The position numbers and the translations under genes are program-made. Shown here piece after piece: positions 1 to 13,964 of a stretch of DNA of 64,000 nucleotides (positions within the stretch are counted from its first letter, which is position 1; every line of letters begins with the position of its first letter). The notes beneath the pieces were generated by a model, which had not been told where the DNA came from, made no database searches, and saw nothing but the letters and a program-made list of their open reading frames with translations. The stretch is taken from the NCBI RefSeq assembly GCF_006345805.1, contig NC_043006.1, forward strand, positions 48,608,001-48,672,000, given 5' to 3'. The DNA is from Octopus sinensis. Taxonomy: Eukaryota.

Positions 1-189
1 GACTGGTTGTTTTTAGTCAACTGTCTTTAATTTGGGATTCAGTGATTATCACCTTAATGAAACCAATTGAATAGATCCCTATCCAAATTATTCACTTGTG
101 ACGAGAATAAACCTCTGTTCTTTTCTACTCTAAGCACAAGGCCCGAAATTTTGGGGGAGGGGGCCAGTCGATTAGTTATTATAACATAC

Positions 190-423
190 CTATTTCTTTA
201 TTACCCACAAGGGGCTAAACACAGAGGGGACAAACAAGGACAGACATAGGTATTAAGTCGATTCCATCGACCCCAGTGCGTAACTGGTACTTAATTTATC
301 GACCCCGAAAGGATGAAAGGCAAAGTCGACCTCGGCGGAATTTGAACTCACAACGTAACGCAGACGAAATACCGCTAAGCATTTTGCCCGGCGTGCTAAC
401 GTTTCTGCCAGCTCGCCGCCTTA
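190..423 (-). mobile_element. tRNA-derived SINE, family B (full length), inserted into a related older SINE (130-470)
   Basis: Minus strand reads GGCGGCGAGCTGGCAGAAACGTTAGC (A-box region) ... GAGTTCAAATTCC (B-box), then GTCGACTTTGCCTTTCATCCTTTCGGGGTCGATAAATTAAGTACCAG (resembles Deu/Nin-type central domain, from memory). TTATTATAACATA occurs at 176-188, 427-439 and 441-453. Homologous to 21909-22134, 39171-39548 and 56961-57197. Confidence 0.85.
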
Positions 424-1140
424 TATTTATTATAACATAGTTATTATAACATACCATCTACCCTAGTACTTCGTTTGTAACAAACAACCACTGCCTCTAT
501 TTTATTTATTTTGATATATAACTCAATGACAAAAAAAACAGAAAATTAAGGTAGCCGCATAGCCACTACAGCTGTGCATATCGTTGAGTCTTGTGTCGTT
601 TTTATTCAAGTATTTCACCAAAAATAGAAGAAAAAAAACTGTAAAAAGGTCGATTAAATTTATTCCATCTGTCAGCTCGATCACAAGAGATTCCTAAATC
701 ATCCTTGTATGAAAAAAAAGATTATGATTGTTGTATCATGTCTGATTGTTATATCCCCGGCTGATGAGCAAGAAACATGCTTGTTTAATCTTTAATCTCA
801 CCATTGTTTGAAGAACCTAAATGTCTCAAATCTCTTTAACCCAAGACATTCATCATATACTTAATCAGAAGAATCACCAGAGAACAATGACAGTTTTTAA
901 GAGATGTCTTTTTTTTTTGTTTTGATTTTTTTTTTTTTTTTCAAGCTATCAAATACACTTTCTTCTTATTTGGTTTATCTATTTATTTATTTATTATTTT
1001 TTTTGTTGAAATGTTCCCCTACGTCAAAAGTGTCTTCTGCAAAGAAGAGAACATGACACGTTAAAGTTCCATCACCCCTCATCACTTCCTGTTACATACG
1101 ACATATACATCATTTAAGAAACGAACACCACAAAAAAAAA

Positions 1141-1182
<42 letters not shown>

Positions 1183-2328
1183 CACTATATAATAACATTT
1201 TTAAGTTTATATCGTTTCTTAACGTCATTAATTAAAATCTTCTCTTCTGCTTCCTTGTTTTCTAAACATTCTTAATAAAACTTTGAACGACACCTAATTC
1301 TCCCCCCTCCCCACTACTCTCTTCTTCTTTTTCTTCTTCCACCTCTGCAAACACACACACACACGCACGCACGCACGCACGCGCGCGCGCATTACTCGAA
1401 CAGTTAATGTTTTAGTATAGCTGCCATGTTGACAGTTTAATAATGCCGATGGAACGAACGACGGTTAAAACTGTTGAGGCACATTCAATAAGCAAGTTTA
1501 AATTGTCCTTTCCCTACCAATAACGCTATACTTATTTCCACTATTACATGTTGGTTGTCATAATAATAATATAAATAGAATATATCAGCCTTCTCCTTAG
1601 TTTCATTTAAAAAAAAAAAACTAACTAGTTTCGGTATTTTCAGTTATTAAATCAGGTTAATGGGACACCCAGGTGTGTGCTGTCTTATACCTTATCACTC
1701 TTAGATCAACAATATAATAAGGTTAGATGGATAAACAGAGAAAGAGACGGACAGACAGACAGATAGACACTGACATACACCCCACCGCCACCAGCTCTCT
1801 TCCCATTTCTCTCCTTTTCCTCTTTCACTGTCTCTCTTCTGTTTTCTTCTACTTCCTTTCTTGCTCCTCTTCTTTTCTCTCTCCCTTTCTTAACTCTACA
1901 CCTCTCTGTCTTCCTTCCTCTCTCTCCTGTTCTCTGTCTCTCTTTCCGCTTTCTCTCTTTCTCTCCCTCCTGTAGACTTCATCTGCCTTATTCAACCACC
2001 TGACCACTCCAAAGCTTCCTGTTTTAATCTCAATGAAATGATGATGATAGTAGTCTTAGTGGTAGTGGTGGTGGTGTAGTAGTAGTAGTAGTAGTAGTAG
2101 TAGTTTGTTACATGGTTAAATGCAATGAATTCCTTAATTGCAACAAGGGCAGTCAGTGGATATAACAACATCAAGTAAAAGTTTTTGAAGACACATTTTG
2201 GTGGATGGTGGTATTTAAACAAAATGTTGGTGACAAAATTTTAATTGCAAATGACAAAAAGTTATATGAAACACACATAATGTAAGTCACCTGTGCTTAC
2301 TTAGCCATGGATTGATATGCACATGTGT

Positions 2329-2382
<54 letters not shown>

Positions 2383-3611
2383 CATACACACACACACGAA
2401 GCTATACATACAGATGACCAACTGATATATATATAATAGAAATAATATATATATCATCATCATCGTTTAACGTCCGTTCTCCATGCTATATATATATATA
2501 TGTATATATATATGGTAATATAAGTGCATTGGAACATAAAGTCTCCAAATTGGGTGTAGTCTACCCAGAAAGAATAGTGCCCCCCCCCACCCCACCCATC
2601 AAGCCCTTATCCACCCTCCACACTAAGCATATGCCTTCTTCCAACCCTGTCGCACAGACAAAACTAAAAAGCTGGTCCTTTTATCCGCAGCAAATTCACC
2701 ATCTCACCATTCTCACCCACTTTTCATAAAATTTTCTGGAGTGTGGAGCAGCGGTTATTACTTGTTCCTTCAACATCTTTCACCTCGACTGATAATATTT
2801 AAAGAAGTTAATGAGGGTTTCATTGGTTAGAGAAAAGTCCTTGTCTTTTGGCGCTTTCATCTTCACTCACCTCTTTGATGACACCCACAATCAAATAGTG
2901 TGACAGCAGGTGTCCAAGCGTTGGGGTTGAGCAAAGAGATAAAGTGACATATCATCTTACTTTACTGTCCCTTTGTGTTTTTCTTAAACAACTCCCCCAT
3001 TCAGGGGTACACATCAGTAGGCAACTTGTATCTAATTTAGCCCTCATCAGAATAGCATCCTCAAATGGGACTTAAGTCAATTAACTTGCTTGTAGTAAAA
3101 TCCATATTTTTTTTACCTGTGTTTTTGTTTTTTAGGAGGAGAGCTATTTTTGTTCTTATAGTCATTTTCTTAAAATTTAAGAGGATTTTATGAAATCATG
3201 AGCTTCTTTCCTCCTCAATTTTTTTCAATTTTGCCATTAGTACAGCCTTTTTAGGTATATTGATCTGCCTTAGAGAGATTATTACTTTGTTTCTATACCT
3301 GTTTCGCTGATGCTCCTGCACTAGACTTGTTTTTGCTGAAACACTAGCCTGTTCAATCGTACATGTGAAATCAATAAAAGAACCTTCTGAAGACCAGCAA
3401 ATTTAGGGACATGGGACACTGCCAGCTGAGTACATCTTAACACCACCACCCAGACTCCATAGTAAGTCTTGACCTTGTTACAAGCAAAGCTTACCAACAA
3501 CCAGACATTGACCAAGGGGCCTATCTTGAAATTGATCAGAGCCCTGAACCCGAAGATCCATCAGGACAGCTCTTGCAGGACTTTCTTGGTCATGTCTTGA
3601 TGGATTTCAGT

Positions 3612-4222
3612 CATCATCATCATCGTTTAACTTCCACTTTCCATGCTAGCATGGGTTGGACGATTTGACTAAGGACTGGCGAACCAGATGACTGCACCAG
3701 GCTCCAATCTGATCTGGCTGAGTTTCTACAGCTGGATGCCCTTCCTAACGCCAACCACTCCAAGAGTGTAGTGGGTGCTTTTACGTGCCACTGGCACAAG
3801 GGCCAGTCAGGCAGTACTGGCAACGACCACGCTCAAATGGTGTTTTTTACGTGCCACCTGAATAGGAGCCAGTCCAGCGGCCTTGGCAACAATCTCGCTC
3901 GACTGTTTTTTTGACATGCCACCGTCACATGTGCCAGTAAGGCGATGCTGGTAACAATCACACTCAAATGGTGCTATTTACGTGCCACTCGCATGGAAGC
4001 CAGTTTGCTGCTCTGGCAACAATCATGCTCGGATGGTGCTCTTAGCACTCCACTAGCACAAATGCCAGTCATCGAACTTGATTTCGATTTCCATTTCACT
4101 TGCCTCAACAGGTCTTCACAAGCAGAGTTTAGTGTCCAATGAATGAAAGGTACACATAAGTGGGCTGGTTACACCCCTGGCATAAGCCACGAGGTTATGG
4201 TCTCACTTGGCTTTGTTGCTTC
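3612..4222 (-). mobile_element. 5'-truncated RTE-clade LINE 3' UTR (family C) with (GAT)n tail
   Basis: Minus strand ends ...CCAACCCATGCTAGCATGGAAAGTGGAAGTTAAACGATGATGATG. The same tail occurs at 2455-2490, 31850-32085, 45497-45680, 53640-53800 and 63330-63370. The 53 kb copy is joined to an RTE C-terminal coding remnant. About four internal TTTTACGTGCCAC subrepeats lie at 3780-4050. Confidence 0.75.
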
Positions 4223-4713
4223 TTAGTAGAATGACATCATTGAATCCAGTCTTTTGGCCATATTTCTCAGGACATACAGCATTATTAATAATACCTGGCA
4301 ATGTACCAAATGTTAGGTATTTCTCCTTAATCTCTTCACTATGGTCAAGAACTCAATGGTACCATTGATAGGTACACTCGGAATGAGGATAGGTTGATCC
4401 TGAGCTCAGGTGTTCAAAAACTGGATCAAGCTAAAGGAATGAGTTCCTTTTACTAAGTACCTATACAACCACTAAGATCTGATACCACCTGACAATCAGT
4501 CTTGCCTAGAAAATCTCTAAGAAGGGAGAGAAACTGTTATTATGATTTCTATGGAAGACCACAATACAATCTAGAAAATTTTATTCACCCTTCACCATTT
4601 AAACCAACCATATTTGACCCAAATTTTCTGTGGGTTTTATGTTCAAATTTCCCAGATCATTTTAAAAATATACAAATCACATAATTAAATTAAAATCTCA
4701 AAGTTATGAGATA

Positions 4714-4994
4714 CCGTAAATCCTTGAATATAGTCCGCCCTTGAGTATAATATACAGGGAATTTTTAGGGGGCTGTACTTCTGAAAAACCTAAACCTTGT
4801 GTATAATACGCACCCCTTGAGTTGTGCGTAATTAAGCCAGCAGCACCTAGTCGAACAAACACTTCGACGCATGCATAATACAATAATGGTGATGTTCTTA
4901 ATTTTTCATTTTTAACTTCATATATAGTACGCACTAGGGATTTTGACCTTTAAATTTTGGGAGGAAAATGCGGATTATACTTGAGGATTTACGG
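4714..4994. mobile_element. Tc1/mariner (Tc2-like) MITE, internally deleted copy, nested in a piggyBac-like MITE (about 4645-5075)
   Basis: TIRs CCGTAAATCCTTGAATATAGTCCGC / GCGGATTATACTTGAGGATTTACGG. TA on the left and CA (mutated TA) on the right. Colinear with the reverse complement of 14570-15091 minus about 240 bp. Confidence 0.8.
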
Positions 4995-5261
4995 CAATGC
5001 ATGATTAATTCAAAATAATGTAAATAAAAAAAAATTACATTTGACAGAAATCTGAATGCTAAAAAGCATAAATGTTCTGGTTCCCAACTATATTTAATGC
5101 ACTACAAAGTGATAGACTCTTTAACCCTTTCGATACCAATCTTCCCATGACCATCCTGGTTACAAACTTCCTTGTTTTAAAGTGATCCAAGTCAAATTCT
5201 TCCATCAAAATTTCATGTTAATTTGTACACAAAACACCAGCTTAATAATGGCACAGTTAAT

Positions 5262-5611
5262 TACTCTCTCTTTTACTCTCTTACTTGTTTCAGTCATTTG
5301 ACTGCGACCATGCTGGAGCACCACCTTTTAGTCGGGCAAATCGATCCCCAGGACTTACTCTTTGTAAACCTAGTACTTATTCTATCAGTCGCTTTTGCCA
5401 AACCGCTAAGTTACAGGGACGCAAACACACACACACACACACACACACATTATATATATATATATATGACAGGCTTCTTTCAGTTTCCACTCACAAGGTT
5501 TTGGTCGGCCCAAAGCTATAGTTGAAGACACCTGCCCAAGGTGCCACGCAGTGGGACTGAACCCGGAACTGTGTGGTTCATAAGCAAGCTACTTACCACA
5601 CAGCCACTCCT
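5262..5611 (-). mobile_element. SINE family A (tRNA head, CORE/V-like domain, internal CA/TA microsatellite, (AAAAGAGT)n tail)
   Basis: A-box TGGCTGTGTGG, B-box GGTTCAGTCCC, GGCACCTTGGGCAGGTGTCTTC domain; near-identical to many copies in the window. Confidence 0.9.
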
Positions 5612-6064
5612 ACACCTTTATCAATTTATCAAATTTTTTTATTATTTTCAAAATTAGATGAAACCAAAACAGTATATTTCTGCTATTATTCTTAAACTTG
5701 CTTTAAAATAATAACTTTAGTTTAACAATTATCTTGAAAATATAATTCCCATAAGTATGCCTGTAATTTTTTCTAATTGAGCTTAATCCTAAATCAGCTT
5801 TGACCATGCAGACTGGGATCAAAAGAATTCCAATTTCCAACACAGTGTATATAAGACTAGATTATTTAATGCACATCTCATGTTCTCAGAGAAAGAGATT
5901 TGGCTATTATTTCTAGCTGTTTGAGCAACCACTTAGAGATTCTCTTGTTTTGATTTACAGCTGGTTAGACTGGATTGTTGAAAGCACAGCCTTGCCAATG
6001 AATAAATACATCAGAACACCTATAACATGATATTACCTACAGGTTGTGTAGTATATACTATCAT

Positions 6065-6113
<49 letters not shown>

Positions 6114-6436
6114 CATAATTTCCCAACGTAGATATAGGCAAGGTCTTAGATATATGGAGAATTGAAATGAGATTATGTGATATTCATGACTTTCTAGTGC
6201 AGATTTTCAACATTTATATATAGTGACATTATAATTGGGTCGTACAGCAAAAGCACCAAATAACACCTAACGAGGCATGAAATTTACAGAACAATCGACA
6301 TTTTCAACGTGACTGATTTAAATCGTAATCAGCCATGCATGCATTATTCTTTATTTACATGAAATAGTTAAGCGCCAGATCAATCCTGAATTAAACAGTC
6401 TTATGAGCAAAGGCTTTCTGTGATTATCCTTTTTGG

Positions 6437-6558
6437 AGCTTGCTTCCAAACCACATCGTTCTGGGTTCAGTCTTATTGCATGGCACTTTGGACAAGTGTC
6501 TTCTACCAAAGCCTTTTGAGTAAATTTGGTTGACAGAAACTGAAAGAAGTCCCTTGTA

Positions 6559-6600
<42 letters not shown>

Positions 6601-7128
6601 CTCTTTTACTCTTTTATTTGTTTCAGTCATTTGACTGCGTCCATGCTGGAGCACCACCTTTAGTCGAACAAATCGACCCCAGAACTCATTTTTTGTAAGC
6701 CTAGTACTTATTCTATCAGCCTCTTTTGCCGAACCGCTAAGTTACGGGAATATATATATATATATTATATATATATATATATATAATATGAGGGAGTATT
6801 ATTCCAAACTTACAGGGAAAAATTCAATTGATAAAAGGTGGATTTTTTTCTATTTATATATATATATATAATATACACACACACAGAGATAGGTAGATAG
6901 ATAGATTGGTAGTGGTAGATAGATGTGTGTGTGTATGTCATTGTGTTTGACACCCAGTGCTGGTGTGTTAATGTCCCGGTAGCAGTTTGGCAAAAGAGAC
7001 TGATAGAATAAGCACCAGGCTTTAAAAAAAAAAAAAAAAAAGGTTCTTGGGTTAATTCATTCAACTAAAAATCCTTCAAGGCCGTGCCCCAGTACGACCA
7101 CAGTTCGACTAAAACAAATAAAAGTTTT
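6437..7128 (+). mobile_element. Degenerate SINE A (head 6437-6565, tail 6940-7128) with a minus-strand 3'-half SINE A (6601-6750) nested in its microsatellite
   Basis: Head and tail motifs are on the plus strand, and an opposite-orientation tail lies between them, flanked by (TA)n. Confidence 0.7.
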
Positions 7129-8226
7129 GAAAAATCATCATTATTATTTAATGTCCACTTTTCTATGCTTGCATGAGTTAGATGGAATTTGCTGAGGTAG
7201 TTTTTTTCTAAGGTTGGATACCCTTCCTGTCACCAACCCTCGCCCATTTCTAATTTAGGTAGTATTTCCCAAGGGCAGATATGTTTTCTGTATGGAAAAT
7301 TGGAAATGAATGTCATTTGTATAACAATAATGCTTGTTTATAACCATTACGTGATGTCAGGGCAAAGGTACACACAGAGACACTCACACATACACGCATA
7401 CATATACACAACAGGCTTCTTTTTCAGTTCTGTCTGTCGAATCCCATGGTAGTAAAGCTCGATTTAAAGGGAATTTTACTGTTATTTTTAGCTGTTTGGA
7501 CAGCCAAATACAGACTTGTCTTATTGGCAGTTTGTGTAACTACATAAAGATCTGATTAGTTGTCAACATAAAATAAAGTGAAATGGTTATATTTTGGGTT
7601 ACCTGTGTTATTTGGTACTTTAGCAACAAACCAGGAAATAATTCACAGCAATCAACATTTTCAAGTTGAGTGGTTCTAATCATAATCACCGATGCATAAC
7701 ACTCAGGCTTTACTTGAAGCTGTGATAGTCAGAAAAAGCCACAGTGCTTGTCTCATTTGCTGACATTTTTACTCCTGAGCTTAACAGAAAGACTTGTCTT
7801 CCATACACAATACCATTTTATTTTTAACCGTTTCCAAGATAAACCAATGCCTTGTGAGTGAATTTGGTTGACAGAAACTATGCAAAAGCCTGTCGGGTGT
7901 GTGCCTCTTGCCCCTTAGCACGAAGTTGAGCCCTATCACCACCCCATTCGGAGTTTGTAGTCTTGCAAACTGCATGGCAACCTCAATGGTGTGTTTGGCA
8001 TTAGAAAGGGCACCCAGCTGTAAAAAAACCATGGTGAAACAGACATTGGAGTTCGATATAGTCTTTGGACACATCAAATGTATCTTTACCTTTTGACCGG
8101 CAGATTTTAAAAAATAACTTTTTGTAACTAGACACTTTCAAACTTTGTACAATTTTTTTTTTTTTGCATTTGAAATAGAGGTTAAAAGGATTAATTTGTC
8201 ACTATTTTCAAAATTAGCTGAAATAC

Positions 8227-8583
8227 TCAACCCTTTTGATACCAAACTGCCAGAGACTTCCCAAGTTCTATAATGCAAATTTTTTGTTTCAAATGATCTT
8301 TATGAAAACTTACCATCAAAATGCCGTGTTAATTTATGTCCCAAACACCAGCTTAACTCCTTTTGTTACTGTATTCATTTTGAGATGTTCTGTGTTTCTT
8401 TCAATTAATTTTAAATATAACAAAGAATTTAGTAAAATAACTTAGTTATCATTAAGCTAGCATTAGGAACATAAACTGTGACTAAGATTTGGTGGAAAAT
8501 TTTAATTCAAAACTTATGAAAACAAGACATTTGTATTACAGAGCCAGAACCGGTTTCAGCCGGGTGGATAATGAAAGGGTTGA
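8227..8583. mobile_element. piggyBac-like MITE(s), degenerate and nested
   Basis: Termini TCAACCCTTT...AAAGGGTTGA resemble TTAA-CCCT...AGGG-TTAA. There is an internal second start TTAACTCCTTTTGTTAC at about 8353, and a related start TTAACCCTTTCGATACC at 5121. Confidence 0.5.
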
Positions 8584-8619
8584 TAAAGAAAAAAAACTTG
8601 CTTTACTATATTCTTCATA

Positions 8620-9033
8620 GGCACAGGAGTGGCTGGCTGTGTGGTAAGTAGCTTGCTTACAAACCAAATGGTTCCGGGTTCATTCCCACTGCATGGCACC
8701 TTGGGCAAGTGTCTTCAACTATAGTCTCGGGCCGCCCAAAGCCTTGTGAGTGGATTTGATAGACGGAAACTGAAAGAAGCCAATCGTATATATGTGTGTG
8801 TGTATATATGTATGTATGTGTGTGTGTTTATGTGTTTGACCCCCCCCCCAACATCGCTTGACAACCGATGCTGGTGTGTTTACGTCCCCGTAACTTAGCG
8901 ATTTGGCAAAATAGACCGATAGAATAAGTACTAGGCTTACAAAGAATAAGTCCTGGGGTCAGTTTGCTCGACTAAAGGTGGTGCTCCAGCATGGCCACAG
9001 TCAAATGACAGAAATAAGTAAAAGAGTAAAAGA
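8620..9033 (+). mobile_element. SINE family A, full length
   Basis: Head, core, microsatellite and AAGTAAAAGAGTAAAAGA tail are all present. Confidence 0.9.
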
Positions 9034-9762
9034 ATTTCCCAAATTATTTGACATAATGGCAGTGTTGTAATTCAACAGAAAAAAGCAGTAAAAAAAAAAA
9101 TGGTCAGGCAGTTTTCCTTTAGAAGTGTAGTTGCAAAAAGGCTTAAAAGGATTGACAATAAAACATTGCTGTGGCTAAATTGATAAAGGCGTTGGATACT
9201 CGACTCATTTATTACGCGAGTTCAAATTCTGCGAGAGGTATTTGATAGTGTTCAAATGCAGAGAATTAATGTAGATGTCCAAGTGTACACGGCCATTTAA
9301 CTCATTCGTGAAAATAACTTCCAGAATCTATTTGAAGCATAATGTAAAAAATGGCAATATTGTCCAATAGAATCCGATTGGAAAAACACATTTGAAAGGC
9401 AAGGAATTGATGGATTAGAGTCAAAACGAATCCTCATCTGTTTAGCATCAGAGACATCATAAACTCCTAACTCAAATAACCAACATTTGGGAGTTTAAAC
9501 CTTTATCTGCTGTGTTCTTTCCACCCTTCCCCCTCTGCGTTAAAACCTAGATCCTGGTGGATTTGTCACTTTCTGGATAACTTCAAATGTTATTTCTCTC
9601 TCACAGCTAAATAATTCATTCCACTTTGTGAACTTTTTCTATTAACTGTCTATAAGTGTATATACATGCAAGTGCATATAGGGGCTCCTTGGAGCTCCTT
9701 TTTTTTTTTTTTTTTTGTATGTGTGTGTTTCTTTTGGTAAAATAAATTCATGCGAAAAGCAA

Positions 9763-10490
9763 TATGATGGTGATGATGGCGGTGGAAGTGTTGCTGTTAC
9801 TGATGATGATGATGGACAATGATGGTGATGGCAATGATAGTAATGATGATGATGATTGCTTGTCTGTAAAAATTAGTTCCAGACAGTATATTCCGTTGCC
9901 TATCTCTGCAGTTCTCTGCTGCTCTTTTGAGTTTCATAGCAGTTATTACTGTTGTTGTTGTTGTTGGTGGTGGTGGTGGGGCATTGGAGCTACTAAATAC
10001 TATAACTGATGGTGGAGGTGGTGGCAGTGGTGGTGGCGCTGATACTAGAACTACTATGCTACAACTGGTGGTAGTATTAGTTGGTGGTGGTGCTAATGTT
10101 GCTGGTGACTGTAGTGGTAATGGTGTTTGCACTGGTGATGATGGTGGTTGTGGTGGTGGTTGTAGTGCTACTTACTATGACTACTACCAACACCATCACT
10201 ACTACTACCACCACCACTACCACCACTCCTGCTACTGCTATCACTACCACCACCATCACCACCACTACTACTACTGCTGGCAGCATTGGTGGTTGATGAT
10301 TGTTATAATGATGTTGGTGGTGATGCTGGAGGTGTTGATGGTAACACTACTACAGCTGTTTGCAGGTGGTGGTGATGATGGTTGTGCCGATAATGCTACT
10401 GGTGATGGAAGTATACTGCTATTGCTTGGAGTGGTGGTGGTCGTCGTGGCCGTGGTGGTGCAGGCCACCATTGCTGTTGTGTGATCTATG
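9763..10490. repeat. Mosaic trinucleotide low-complexity tract (GAT/GGT/GTT/CTA/CCA)
   Basis: Visible in the sequence; explains the poly-V/G/H/T/Y ORFs on both strands. Confidence 0.9.
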
Positions 10491-12124
10491 CTTGTTGTTA
10501 CTTTATGACAGATCTGATAATAACTGACTCCCCTTCTGGTTGGGGTGGGGGTGGGGGGCAGGGATGGAATCAAACTGAATCTGGACTGGCAGACAAAAAC
10601 ATGGTCTGACAGATCAATCTTATCTTCTGTCAAATGATAAAGACCTCCACCACTAACACCACATCCAAACCCCAACCCCCCTCCCCCCACAATTCCCATC
10701 ATCCGAGAAACAAACAACAACACTCCCAATTTCTCTTGTCTCATGCTTGTAAACTTTTATAAAAACCTGAAACGCTTCCTCCCACTGCACCCCGCCAACT
10801 CCACTTCTTTTTTTTTTTTCCAAGTGTTTGTGTGAGTGTGTGTGTTTTTTTTTTTAATATTCTTTGTTTAGTTCCCTAACTACCCAACCATCCATCCCCA
10901 TCAATACCCGATTTTTTTTTTTTTCTAATTATGCACCTGTCTTCCGACAAATACAAAATGTTTTATATATGTATGCACTCACAAATACTCGTACTTTATA
11001 CACAAACACACACATTCAAGCATATATATACACACGCATGTTTGCATGTACAAAGACATACATACTATAATACATATATATACACACACACATGCGTGCG
11101 CACACACACACACACACATATATATACACACACACACATACATACACGCACACACACAAGGTATGCAGATACCTACATACATATATACATACGCAGGCAT
11201 ATAGAGATGCTTTGCTGCAGTTTCGTTCCTTCAACCACACACACATATGCACACTTATTTCAGGGTGATCGAGACCATTGACATCTTTCATTTGCTGTCT
11301 TTTATTCAAGATACCAGCTGCAAAGAAATAGAATTCCAAAGAAAAAGAAAAAAAAAATTAAATAAAATAACGATAGAAACCATTCTCTTCTTATGGTGGT
11401 CTCTTAAAAAATTTTTTTTTTCTTTTTTCATATATAAGAAGAACCCTGAATTGAATTAATAGCCTATTATTGATTACCAGGAACGTGGCACAAGAAAGCC
11501 CAAATTTCCATTCAGTCTTTGGCAACATGACAGTGAGAATAACGGTGATTTCTCACAGTGACACAAGTCCAAGAGATTTATAGCAGAAGGGCTTATTATT
11601 ATTATTAGTATTAGTAGTAGTGGTGGTAGTGGTCGTGAGAGTAGCATTGGTTGGTTGGCAGGTTCCTTAGAGCATTGGATTTTTTGTTTTTTTAAAAATG
11701 TCTTGAAGCATTTACCCCATCCAGGTCTTTTATGTTCCTGAGTCATCTTGGCTTCTCACCTCCCACCGCCACCCCAGGGGCCAATAGAATAAAAAAAAAA
11801 TACCAGTCAAGTACTCTGGGATGATGTATAATTGACTAATTCTGATTCCCCACCCCTCAGAATTGTTGGCCTCCTTTGTGCAGAAATTTAGAAATTATCA
11901 AGAGTGAAACTGGATTAGCAAAATCTTTAGCATCGGAACGAAATAAAATACCTTACAGTATTTCTTTTGGCTCTTTATATTTTGAGTTCAAATCCTTCTG
12001 GGGTTGGGTAAATAGAACTGAAGTCAATGTAAATGACTAACCCTCTCCCTTCATAGGGCTGGTTTCCCAGTTTTCTGGTGTATGTATTCCCACCTTATCG
12101 GAACACCGATTCCATCACAAGAAC

Positions 12125-12273
12125 TACATATTTTTCCAGTTGAGTTGACTGGAGCAATGTGAAATGAAGTGTCTTGCTCAAGAACACAATGTATTGCCCG
12201 ATCCAGGAATCAAAACCACAATCTTACAATCACGAAATCCAACGCCTGAAGCACTAAGTCATGCACCTCCACG
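12125..12273 (-). mobile_element. SINE family D head (tRNA + V/CORE-like domain), degenerate
   Basis: Minus strand GTGGAGGTGCATGACTTAGTG...TTCTTGAGCAAGACACTTCATTTCACATTGCTCCAGTC; related to 13790-13910, 18051-18350, 57225-57440 and 61664-61934. Confidence 0.7.
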
Positions 12274-12326
12274 CAATAGAATCATTAGAGCGTCAGAAAA
12301 AAATGATTTGTGACATTGATTCTGGC

Positions 12327-12768
12327 TCTCTTTCTTTTACTTGTTTCAGTCATTTGACTGCGGCCATGCTAGAGCACCGCCTTTAGTCGAACAAATCGAC
12401 CCTCAGGACTTATTCTTTGTGAGCCTAGTACTTATTCTATCGGTCTCTTTTGCTGAACCGCTAAGTAACAGGGAAGTAAACACACCAGTATCAGTTATCA
12501 AGTGATGTTGGGGGGACAAACACACACACACATATATATATACATATATACAACAGGCTTCTTTCAGTTTCTGTCTACCAAATCTACTCACAAGGCTTTT
12601 GTTGGCCCGAGGCTTTTATAGAAGACACTTGCCCAAGGTGTCACGCAGTGGGACTGAACCCGGAACCATGTGGTTGGTAAGCAAGCTACTTACCACACGT
12701 AGAGGCAGACGAAATACCGCTAAGCATTTCGCCCGGCTTGCTAGCATTTCTGCCAGCTTGCCGCCTTA
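12327..12768 (-). mobile_element. SINE family A (12327-12698) abutting a family B head fragment (12699-12768)
   Basis: Sequence identity to other copies of each family. Confidence 0.85.
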
Positions 12769-13964
12769 AATAGAACAAATATTCCAAGACATTTTGTCCA
12801 ATATTTTGCCGAATTCTGCTGATGCCACTGCTGTTGCTGCAGGAGCAGGGGTTGGGTGGGGAAGGTGGTTGTATTTTCGGTCAGAGCAGAGTAATTAATT
12901 CTAAATCTTTTTTTCATGGAGCATTTCCAGTTTTTATCATTATTGGTATTAAATCTTAAATCCTTTAAAATGTTTCAGCCCGAAGGCTGTGGCCATGCTG
13001 GGGCACCAACTGGCCATTTGCGTACTCAACTGGCCACCTCTCCAATATATTATTTATATTCCAAGTTCAAATTCTGCTGAGATCGACGGGGGGGGGGAGG
13101 ATAAAATAAGCAACAGTCAAATGTCAGGGGTGGGGGTCAATGTAATTGACTTCCCCCTCTCCTGAAAAATTATTGGGACCCTGTGCTAAAATTTGAAACC
13201 ATTATTATTTTTGTGTTTTTCATCTGAAAACTAGATTTGTTTTATTTTTACATATCTATCTTCTTTTTTTTTTGTCTTTGTTGAATAATGTACATATAAC
13301 AATATTTGAAATTATCAGAATAAATAGTTTATATGTTTATTTTCATTTTCGTCTTTTCTTTTATTGTAGGTAAGTGTGTGTTTACTGATCTGGCAGTTGT
13401 GATGTTGTAATTTCCTCATAAGGTAGGAACAAACTTATTTGGTTGGACTATCTCATCATAGAGATTTCATTAAAAGGATACAATATGGTTGTTATTGTCA
13501 TAATCATTGTTGTACTGATATTACCTTGGTCAGTATTTATCAAATTTTTATGTATTTTTCCATTTATCTGAATTGGTTAAAACAGAATCCTCCTCAGCCT
13601 CATATTGTTAATTTTTTTTTAAGCTGGCATCAGTCTTACCTCTTGGGTCTAGCAATTTTCATAGCCATTCATCATCTCATATAAAAAATTAAAAATCCTA
13701 CAGCCTCATAAGTTTCATTTCCAAAGCATTTAGGTATCTGAGAGGGAGTATAAGATTTTGCCTAAATTGTACTGATTTTCAGTAGAGTGGAGTGGACAGT
13801 AGCAGTGGGAAATGAAGTTTCTTGCTCAAGGATGCATCACACTGCCCAGTCCAAGAATTGAACCCATAGCGTGGCAGTCATGGACCTAACCATGAGGTCA
13901 TGTGCCTTCATACAATCTGATATACATATACATAAAAAAAACAATAAGAATCTACTATAGACAC

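Noticed and set aside
755-785. CTGATGAGCAAGAAACATGC as a hammerhead
   Set aside because: No stem II, no GUH triplet and no stem I pairing.
2865-2960. GAG|GTGAGT donor on the minus strand (also CAG|GTAACC near 7600)
   Set aside because: No matching acceptor or open frame; such motifs are expected by chance.
3270-4640. Flanks of the family C copy as decayed LINE coding sequence (for example KLIRALNPK)
   Set aside because: Similarity is too weak to call by eye; it needs tBLASTx or HMMER.
10537-10563. G-quadruplex-capable runs (also about 12846-12865 and 62648-62670)
   Set aside because: Isolated G-tracts with no supporting context; common in such genomes.
9764-10744. Overlapping poly-V/G/T/H ORFs (similar sets at 43204-43821, 55952-56454 and 62762-63430)
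   Set aside because: Products of di- and trinucleotide repeats on both strands.
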